From contig OZ024740.1 of the NCBI GenBank assembly GCA_964016885.1, positions 364,002,001-364,066,000 on the forward strand: a stretch of 64,000 nucleotides of DNA, in the 5' to 3' direction. Under the pieces are notes generated by a model, which was given only the letters and a program-made list of their open reading frames with translations, had not been told where the DNA came from and made no database searches. Positions 10,894-22,157 of this stretch are shown one piece after another. Positions within the stretch are counted from its first letter, which is position 1, and every line of letters starts with the position of its first letter. A program made the translations under genes and the position numbers. This stretch comes from Eledone cirrhosa. Taxonomy: Eukaryota.

Positions 10894-13800
10894 TATATAT
10901 ATTTGTGTTATATATATGTACATATATATACTTGTGTGTATATACATATACAGTGGTGATGATGATGATATACATATGTATATACATATACATATGTATA
11001 TCATCATCATCACCACTTTTTTTACATCCATTTTCCATGCCAGCATGGGTTAGACGAGTTGTCCTGTTGTGGTTAATGCTAGGTCAGATGACCATATCTT
11101 GCTCATACAGGATTGATTCTGGCTTGGTTTCTACAGCTGGATGCCCTTCCTAATGACAACCTTATTTACAGTGAGTACTGGGTGCTTTTTGTTGTGATGC
11201 CTACACAACCACTTTATAGTGTGGGCTGGGGCCAGTGTTGGAACAGACCATATCTAACTTAATAACACCACCTAGCAAAATCTTTCAAATCAGAATTTGG
11301 ACATCATGGCCCATTCAAGTAGAGAGTTATTGTTTATGGGTGTAGGAGGTTTATCCAGGATTTCTAGAAGGAATTTGTCCAAAGACTTCTTGAACTTTAT
11401 GGTGTCTGTTTCTGTGTGTATATATACATACATACATATATATATATATAAGGACAAAAGAGATGCATCAGTCAGAGAAAATTATAGAGCCATCAAGTTG
11501 ACAGACCATATGAAATTTACAGAAAGAAATATTGTACATCTGATAAAAGACCGAATTAACATAGATGAGACATAGTTCAGATTTGTGCCAGGTAAAAGAA
11601 TCATTGAAGCCCCCCTCTATCTTGTAAGGCAACTGCAGGCAGTACTTAGGTAAAGGTAAGCCTCTCTACTTGGCATTAGTTGATCTGAAGAAAGCTCTTA
11701 GAAAACTAAGGGTAGATGAGTGGCTTCTGAAGGCAGTACAAGCAATGTGTGGAGGAACAATCTGGAAGGTTAGAATTAGCAATGATTATAGTGAGGAATT
11801 TAGGATGCATGCAGAGGTCCATCAGGGGTCTGTTCGTAGCACTCTCTTATTTATTATCATCCTTCAAGCTATGATTGAAAAGTTTAAGACTGGCTGCCTA
11901 TGGCTGCCTAACTCTCATAGCCAAATCTATGGCAGAATTAGAAAAAAAAATCTAAACCTGGAAGCATAGCTTCGTAGCAAAAGGTCTTAAAGTCAGCTTG
12001 GGAAAGATTAAAGTCCTAGTAAGTAAAAAGAAAAACAGAACCCTGATCCCCTCAGGGAAATAGCCTTGCTCAGTGTGCAGGATAGGAGTAGGCAGAAATT
12101 CCATCCTCTGTCCCAAATGCAAACTATGGAATAAGAGATGAAGCAGGATCTCAGGTATGCTAGCAAAGAATGTAGTAGGTCGATGTATGCGAGCAGTAAG
12201 CAGCAAGACCTCACAGGATCAAGCTCTACCAAATGCTCAAGGCTGTATGAAAGTGAGAGCTGGAAACTGTCTGCAAAGGTTGGTGATAGGAAGGGAAACC
12301 AGTCATAGAAATCCTACTAAACAAAGGATTGGGAGGACTTTTTCAGCTCTTCATGGTTTAAGGTGGTTTGGTAACAAAAGTTTTAACAGTGTATTGGGAC
12401 AAGCGCTGGTATTCATGAAAATATCATCAAGTGCCATCATTCCAGTTAGTCCATTAACTACAGCTTCAATAAATATCTGAAATAGTTATAGTAAACATAT
12501 GTTTAAGTCCTCATCATCATCAAACATCTATTCTCCTAGCTAGCAAGGGTTTTCATAGACCAAATCAGTACTTAATTGATGCTACTGACCTCACACATGT
12601 GCCAGGGGCTGCATCTTGTTTACCTACATTCCTGTACTCTACTGAGTGCACTGGGTGCATTTTTCATGACACCAGCACTAGAAAAATTGTCTTGATTTTA
12701 AAATAACTGAAAAATCCTTCTAACCCTTTGTTTAGCACAATTTCGTTTTTTATGGTTGGATGCCCTTGTTATCACCAGCCTCCTTACTGAGTATACTGGC
12801 TGTGTTTTACTGTGTCAACAACACTAATGAGATTGTTGTGCTCTTGACAATACTGAAGATTTTTCTTGAGCCTTTGTTTGGCATGGTTCCTATAGCTGGA
12901 TGCCTTTCCTTTCACTAACCACCTTACAATGTGTAGTGTTCATCTTTCATGGTACCAATACTAGTCAAGTTGTCATGTCATGACTGAAGGGTCCTCTCAA
13001 CCCTTTGTCTTGATTTCTATGGCTGTAACCCATTCCTAACAGAAACCATAAAAAAAGAAACACCTTCCTTTTATAAACTCTGTGCAATTTACTAACCCAA
13101 TTCTGTTTTTGGTTTGTTTTAGGGCATTACATATATGCAAAAACCTTAAGATACGGGACAAAGAGAACAATATCTGCTGCTGTACTAAGTCCATCTTACC
13201 CACCAACTTCCAAATCATGTTTAAGGTTTTGGTACCATATGAGTGCCCAGACCAGCAGCCAACTGCAACTGTATATTAAAATAGGCATTCTTAAACGGAA
13301 AATCTGGGAACGATATGGAGACCAAGGAAACATGTGGTGGCAAGGACATGCAAACATTGTTATTCCAAATAAACAATTGGGAAGAAATTATCAGGTGTGT
13401 ATATCTCCCTTGTGTATCCAGTTTAGAACAGTTACACCATATATCTGCATGATTGGTACACCCCATCCATGTATGCCATATGAGACAACTAAAAGTTTTA
13501 GAAGTGCATCTGGCTGTAAAATATTGCCTCAAAAGAATCCCATTGTGAGTATGAAGCTTGTCAAGGACCCTACATGACTAACACCTGCTTTAGCAAACAA
13601 ATTGGCTTCAAAATACTTATAGTTATTAGATATATACAGGGTGTCCCCAAAAGATGTATACATACTTTGATTACCTGCATGGGCAATATTTATTAGAATG
13701 CACAGTCTTTGTGTATACATTGTTTTGGGACACTCTGTATGTATTCAGTTTTTTTAGGCCCCTGAAAAATACACAGTTCCATTCATACATCAAAGACTGT

Positions 13801-16800
13801 TAATATATGCATGTATATTTCAATTGATATATATTTCACTGTATGTATATGTATGTATTAGGGCTCTCCTTCAATAATCAACAGACAAATGGTATCAGCT
13901 ATTATTTATTTATTTATTTATTTTGATTGCTGGTTATTATTGTTTTGGAGTAAGAAAATCATAGTGATAGTGAAATTTGGAACACATTCGATTCAACATA
14001 TAGAAATACATAAGAAATATATCTTATTTCTTAGGACAGGCAATCTAAGCTCACCAATGTAATATAACTCTGTTCCCAGTACTTAAACATGCTGATCTCA
14101 GACCTGCCAACCTCTAAAAGTCCAAAAATGGAGTACCATGAAAAAAAGTGCCCCAAAACAGGGAGAAACGAGGCAAAATGGGGAAATTTTTCATAATGAA
14201 AGCTCTACCTATTTTCACAAGAGAAGCCATCTCTCACCCACCCCAAACTAGGTGGGATATCTCCCCATCGGATGGAGAGAGTTGACAGGTCTGTGATCTA
14301 CACAACTGGAAATTACTTAGGACTGTCCAAGAAATGCAAATCCTTGTAGGTTAAAGTAGAAGAGAGGCCCACCTACCCATTTAAGAAGATATATTTTAAA
14401 ATATATATTTTAAAAAGGAATTAATTTTAAAATTATAAATATTTTGGTTACATGTTTATTTAAAAGTATTTAAAAATTTTCCAGTAATAATGATTTCTGA
14501 TTTAGGCACAAAGCCAACAATTTTGGCAGGAGGGGGGGAGTCAATTAAATTGACCCCAGTGTGTTACTGGTACTTTATTTTATCGACCTCGTAAGGATTC
14601 TTATTATCTTAATTTACTCAAACAATCTAATGTTCAAATTTAAGAACTTGTAATTTTTATTTTTTTACACTAGTAAACTGATGTTTAGAATAGTAAAATC
14701 AATTTAATAGAAAAATAAAAAAGATATTCTTTTAGATTGAGAAGAAAGAGTGGAATGTAAAATAAGAAATTATGAAAAAACAGAAAAGGAAGGCAAAGGC
14801 AAGGGCTCTAGGGTCACAGAAGAATTGGGTGGGAGAGGTGGGGGTGATTGGGCTCTGGGCCTAGGGCATGGTAGTAATGGGGCTGTGCCCCGCGGACAAG
14901 ACCACAAATGCCTTCCCACGCACAATAGCCAAAGACACCTGCTGCAACAGCTACCCCACCTCACAAGGCTCCTTCCTCAGACGGGCTGCCAACGTTCTGA
15001 TCTTGCAGAGGAGCTCGGCTTTATGGGGTCCAAGTACACCTAAGGTCTCGATGGCGACCGGTGTGAAGAGGAAGCAGCTGGACCATCCCTGATATTTGTT
15101 TATCTTCCTTTCCTCTGCATAGCAGGCCGTAGTACTGGGGTTTGTGGCCAAAGCGACTAGGTTGGGGGCTGAGAACGTGTCACAATATGTAGCATCCCAG
15201 ATGAGGGATCTATCTCTTTTGAATGGGAAGAGGGTGATTCCATCAGGGTGCTTGCCGTCTCCGCAGTCAAGGCTTGCTCAGAAATTATAATGTTAAAACA
15301 TTAATTTCATAATCATATGCTTGCAAATAGTAGCTACATGTGATTAATTATGAACTGTTATAATACATTATTTACAATTAATTGTAATATGTATTTTCAT
15401 ATAAACGAGACACGGTCACCCGACCTAACTTGCCTCTAAATGAGACAAACCCGTCTAACCCATGCTAGTGTTGAAGATAGATGTTAATCAATGATGATGA
15501 TGATATCACAATACTTGATTACATCATAGATAATTGACAACAGATTAATTGATATCAGCTAAGGAAAAACTGATTAATCAGTAATCAGCCAATTTGTTTA
15601 CAGTGCATCCTTAGACTTTATGTATGTATGTATCATCATCAATTTACTCTTATTTTTCCATGCTTTCATGGGTTGGATGGGTTCTCTCCAGCACAGTATC
15701 TTGTCACTTGTTGTGAAGTTCATTATCCTGAGATTAACTTTCAAAATTTCTTGCCATTCTTTCTTTGGTCTTCTTATTCTGCAGCTTCCTTCCACCAGGG
15801 TTTGCATAGCACTTCTTTATCCCACTATTATCATCCATATATATGCAAAGTACACCTGATTCTTCTTATAATTAGTTTTTTTCTCAGCTTATTACATTCC
15901 ATCATTCCCATACTACAATAATGCATCCTTCCAACTTATACAAATACACAGATATCGAATGGAATGGAGCTCCATCAATTTTGACAATGAGTATTCCAGT
16001 TGTTCGATCAATGGAGCAGCTTGCTCGTGAAATTATCATATAAGTGGCTAAATAATCCACAAAAATGTGTACCTTTAATGTAATTTTCAGGGAAATTCGG
16101 CATGACATAGTGTCATGAATTATAGGTACATCCGACAACAGGCTTCCAAACAACTTTTGTCTACCCAAATTCATCCTCAAGTCATGGGGTGACTCGAGGT
16201 TATGGTAAATGACATGTAGCCATGATGCTATGCAGTAGGATCAAATCTGGGATGTAATGGTTGTGAAACAAACCCCTTGATCATTTGACTGTGCTATGTC
16301 CACAATACATAGCTAAAACCTTCACAATATACACAAATACAAGGCCTCATAAGTGACTTTCACACCAATGACATATCTTTCTCACAATCTAGACTTATCA
16401 AAGAAACACATGAACTGTAGTATAGAAAATATCATTATTAAATTTGAATAAATGTATTTGTATAAGTAGGAAGGGTACAATATATGGTCTTAAAATGTTT
16501 GTTGTTATCTCTACAATATGAATTTCATTTCTTTTATTTCAGTTGCAATTCCAAACTGTGCAAGTAAATGGCCATTCAGAAAGTATTGCTTTAGATGACA
16601 TAGAGCATATGCCAGGTCCCTGTAATCCAAATGACATGTGTGATTTTGAGCAGGACACATGTGGTTTCACCAATCTAGCTGGTGATGATTTTGACTGGAT
16701 TGTACTCAGTGGCTCCAAGCAAAATTTTGCTACAGGCCCTACAGAAGATCATACTACAAATTCTCCTTCAGGTAAATTGCATAGGACATATTTTTTCCTT

Positions 16801-17531
16801 TCAAATTTTCTCCCATCATTAAAATTATCACAATTACTATTTTAAAATCTGCTATTAACTAAGTTGGAATGGCTCTTTCAGCCTATCTCCCTTGCATTCA
16901 TAATTTTGTCTACCAGGACCATGAGCAACACCCATCTGATGTTTTGCAAAGGACATGAGATGGTAGTGTTATAAATTTTTTATTGTGTAAATATATTTGT
17001 GATTTAATTAAGAACTTGGTAACATTTGGTTCAAGAAAACATAGGAGTGAAGAAGCAGCTATTAACTGATAACTATGCTGAAACATTCCTGAGGTTTTAT
17101 TCAAAATATAAGCAATTTAAAGATTTGATAAATGAGCTCTTTTATTTTTTAGATATTTTTTCTCAACATAAGCTTTTTTTATCCAAATTATTTTTTACCA
17201 CTGGATTTATATATATATGTGGTGTGTGTATATATACATATACATATATATATATATATATATCCAGGGGGTGTAACTAGGAGTTACTGCAGGTTCACCC
17301 GGGAGAGCACTTGATGTTTAGGTTCACTTCTGTCAAACTCTTGAAACTCTGACTTTACCACATAGCATGTATTTCATTTTCTTATAGCATTTTAAAAGGG
17401 TCCGTCGAGCCACCGATTATTGAGTCGGGTAGGATCGATACAGATCGAACCTTGAGCTGATCAGTGGCGAAACGCGCGTCACCTATCAATAAATGCAATG
17501 AAGGAGTAATCAAACATCCTTGTTATCCTTT

Positions 17532-17567
<36 letters not shown>

Positions 17568-19921
17568 ATATTAAATAAATGGAAACTATATTTATAAAAC
17601 CATATTTATTCTATTATATATATTTCAAGGGTACCAAAACTTTGGTACGCTCTCATCAAATAAAATACAAAGTTTGTTTTATAAATATTGACATACCCAG
17701 GAAAGAATAACTTAACGGTTCAAGTTTTTCCTGGATATATATATATATATTAGAAAAAGGAAGTAAGTTTCTATACAAAGCAGTGGATATAGAGAAAAGG
17801 TGAAGTTGGAAATAGCACAGAAAATATATTTTAGGGTTCGTTTTTCTTTTTTTTTCCTTTCTATGATTTTTCAAAGTGACATATTGAAATAAGATGACAT
17901 TATCGAAAAGATGAGAGGGACAATTCGTTTTAAAAAAGTTTTATAATGTATATAAAGTATATAAAGTATTACCAGTTGCAATCTATTATTAAAATTCATC
18001 TTATCAAATGTTGAGTATTACAATTAAAAAGAAATAATAGCAATTAAAAACTAAAAATTAAAGATTTAAAATTAAGTGTTGGAGTAAGTTTTTTTCCCAT
18101 CTTCCTTGCTCAGAAGTGGACTGGAGAATGAGTTCTTGTGAATAAAGAGAGGTGTGTAGTCATGTAGTCTACTGCTACTATCATGACTACACGCACGGGT
18201 GTGTGTGTGTGTGCATGCCCGCACAGATAAGTGTGTGATCAGGAGTTTGGAATGTCTGTCTATGTGTGAGCACATGTGTGTGTGGGTGTGTGTGTGTGTG
18301 CATGCCCGCACAGATAAGTGTGTGATCAGGAGTTTGGAATGTCTGTCTATGTGTGAGCACATGTGTGTGTGGGTGTGTGTCTGTCAGCCTACGGGCAAGC
18401 TAGAGACAGGCAAGGCAGATCAGAACCCCTTGCCCACATAGCAGTAATTCTGGCGACAGAATTAAGGTGGGTGACAGCTCACGCCTGAATGGAAATAGTC
18501 AGTGGGTAGTTTTGAAGGGTCAAACATACAGATGATGTCTCTTGACCAATCGATGGGCCACACAAACAGGATGATGGCAGATGAAAGAAATTCTAAGGGT
18601 CGGAGTCCAACAGACAGAGGATTTGCTTCAAAATCGCTAGACGTGTCTGAGGAACTTGCAAATCCAGAGTCAGGTTTGATCCACAAATAGATCGCACCTC
18701 GATCTGTTCACTGGAGAAACAATTGTAATATGTTATTAAATTGTATTTTGATGCATCACTGATTCTTCGTTTTCCATATTATTAAACTCTGCTCTGTAGG
18801 AGTATACAGTGCTCAACCGGCATACTGCCTATGGAAGCATCCAAGCAACCTTACCATAAATATATATATAATCATCATCATCATCATCATCGTTTAACGT
18901 CCATCTTCCACGCTTGCATGGGTTTGGACGGGAGTTTACCCACTTCAGGCAAGAGTGGTTGTCTTGCTCGCATAGGACTGTCTGGCGGGTTTTCTACGGC
19001 TGGATGCCCTTCCTAACACCAACCACGTTTATAGTGTGGGGCTGGGAGGTTTTTACCGTGTTACCTACACGGCCACATTACAGCGTGGACTGTGTGTTTT
19101 TTTGTCGTGACACCTACACGACCTCATTTGTTTCGGGCTGGATGTTGTGGTACCAACATAACTTACATCGAAAGGGGTGGTGTGGATGGGGTGGGGGGTA
19201 GTGGGACGGGGGTGTATTTTGTTAGAGGTGCCTACTGACTGTAGTAGGTTTTACTTTGTATTTAGGTAAGGCGGGTCTTCTGTATTACTGTGTAGCGCCA
19301 AAGATCTCAGTCCAGTGACATTGTCTTGGAGAGGTGTAAGTGTGTGAGGTCGGAATTTATCAAGTCGTCCCAGGTTTATCTGGGTCTGCCTACTCCGTGG
19401 CTACCGTCTATTTTTATTGCCCTGCACTTTTTTATACAGCTGTCGTCTTTCATGCGCATCACGTGACCATACCAACGTAGTCTTCTCTCGAGTAAACAAC
19501 ATCGGATCCCTCTTATTTCTAATTTCTCCCTTAGTTCGTTTATGCTTTGCCTTTCACGTATATTACTATTACACATCCAGCGGAGCATGCAAGCTTCGTT
19601 CCTCTCTAGTCTGTGTATATCCTCTGCACACAATGCCCAGGTCTCACTGCCATGCAACATTGCTGTTCGTATGCAGGCATCATACAGCCTGCATTTCATT
19701 TTTAGAGAGAACCCTTTAGCGGCTAATAGTGGTATAAGCTCTCTGAACTTTTTCCATCCAGTTCTGACTCTAGCTACTGTACTTTCAGAGCACCCTCCCC
19801 CACTGCTGATTTTGTCACCCAGGTAACGGAAGCTGTCCACTATTTCTATAGAACCATCTGGGCAATTGAAAGAGCTAGTATTCTGTGGGCACTTGCTGCT
19901 ACTTATTGCACCAGATCACCG

Positions 19922-19956
<35 letters not shown>

Positions 19957-22114
19957 CGTTTCTGAATTTGTTTAGCAAGATTCTTTATCTGAAATCGTGT
20001 GTTGAAACCGATATTGTTATACTTTGGGAGGGTCATGTTGCCAATAAGAAACACACGCATCAGTTGCTTTCACTTCAATTTATTATAATAAATTTATAAA
20101 TTTAGGAATTTACAAATCTCTGGTTGGTTGGTTGGTTGGTTCCACAACCAGATAGTTGTTTATATATTGTCAAAGTTCTTTCGTCACACATTCTGTGACC
20201 TCTTCAGTGACTGGGGATTCTTTTCTTTGTTTTTGTGCCTCTCCTTTGTTCTGTCCTACGCCATTTTGTTTCTGTGTGTGTGTTGTGTGCTCAGTCTGCG
20301 CATGCGCCACATCCAGGTGTCTGTGTGTGTTTATATTTGTTTATTTATTTGTTTATTTACATGTTACCGGTTGGTTGTTTGTTCTATGTGTGTGTGTGTT
20401 TTCATTTTGTCCTTAATTGTAAGTTGTGATGTTGCTGTTCCACTCATATTTTCTATTTAATTTTGGTTGTAATTCTTTTATGTTTATTGCCTCTGTGATT
20501 TGTCTAAACATTGCGTCTTTTCTGTGTGTAGATTCATTTTTATTTCTATGTTCTCTAATTTACACTTATGTTCTATTTTAGCATGTTGGTAGAGTACAGA
20601 TGATTCTTTACTATCTTGAAGGTCTCGCCAGTGTTCATTTATCCGTTCCCCTACACTACGAGCTGTCTCACCTATGTACACTATATTTTTGTCTCTACAT
20701 TGTCCTTCAGTACATCTTATGCTATACACTACATTTCTAGTTTTACCCATCGATTACCTGTACTAGACACAGAGCTCTGGTTAGATACCATTAATAACAA
20801 AAAACAAATCCTCCATTCCCATTATGCCAAACCCATGACTTCCAAACATCTGATCCACCAAAACTCGGCTGTTTCGGACCATACCAAAATCAACATACTG
20901 ATTGCGGATTTGGTACGGGTGATGAGAAACGTGTCCCGCATGTGCAACCCCGAAGAACTAGAAAGACACATACAACACTTCATCCACCGTATGCAGTTCT
21001 CTGGTTACAATCAGAGAGATAGAATCAGAGTGTATAGAGGAGCCAGAACCAAATGGAAAAAATGGTAAATAATGACACAAATGGGACCTGCCCCTTGTAT
21101 AGGAGCAAATTTTGGAATAGAATAGAAAGAACTAGGAATAAGGCTAATAGAATAAACTCATGGTATGATAGCAATAAATACCAGAGTGTAATGTTCATCG
21201 ATACAACCCCTAGAGGTGAATTAGCTTACAAATTTAGAAGGGCCCTAGATAAACATAAACTCAATATTAAGATAGTAGAAAGACCAGGTACCTCCGTAAA
21301 AACACTTATTAGCAAGACATACCCTTTCCAAAGACCCCCCTGTATAGATAAGAAATGTATAACCTGTAAAATAAGCCCCCATATTAACTGTAAAACTAGA
21401 AATGTAGTGTATAGCATACGATGTACTGAAGGACAATGTAGAGACAAAAATATAGTGTACATAGGTGAGACAGCTCGTAGTGTAGGGGAAGGGATAAATG
21501 AACACTGGCGAGACCTTCAAGATAGTAAAGAATCATCTGTACTCTACCAACATGCTAAAATAGAACATAAGGGTAAATTAGAGAACATAGAAATAAAAAT
21601 AGAATCTACACACAGAAAAGACGCAATGTTTAGACAAATTACAGAGGCAATAAACATAAAAGAATTACAACCAAAATTAAATAGAAAATATGAGTGGAAC
21701 AGCAACATCACAACTTACAATTAAGGACAAAATGAAAACACACACACACATAGAACAAACAACCAACCAGTAACATGTAAATAAACAAATAAATAAACAA
21801 ATATAAACACACACAGACACCCGGATGTGGCGCATGCACAGACTGAGCACACAACACACACACAGAAACAAAATGGCGTAGGACAGAACAAAGGAGAGGC
21901 ACAAAAACAAAGAAAAGAATCCCCAGTCACTGAAGAGGTCACAGAATGTGTGACGAAAGAACTTTGACAATATATAAACAACTATCTGGTTGTGGAACCA
22001 ACCAACCAACCAGAAATTTGTAAATTCCTAAATTTATAAATTTATTATAATAAATTGAAGTGAAAGCAACTGGTGCGTGTGTTTCTTATTGGCAACATGA
22101 CCCTCCCAAAGTAT

Positions 22115-22157
<43 letters not shown>

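Noticed and set aside
10661-11153. ORFs rich in YIYI, HTHT or poly-H/I/M (also 3577, 34859, 62475 and others)
   Set aside because: Translations of (TA)n, (CA)n and (CAT)n microsatellites
12389-12476. Exon of a - strand MAM paralogue
   Set aside because: The frame and acceptor are kept, but the donor is absent and I found no other - strand MAM exons
18440-18830. Possible coding or transposon fragment (ORFs 18462/18502)
   Set aside because: No recognisable motif or termini, and not needed for the host reading frame
20128-20460. Duplicated hydrophobic 110-aa ORF (also 21677..22009)
   Set aside because: Antisense reading of the A/C-rich Penelope pLTR in both arms
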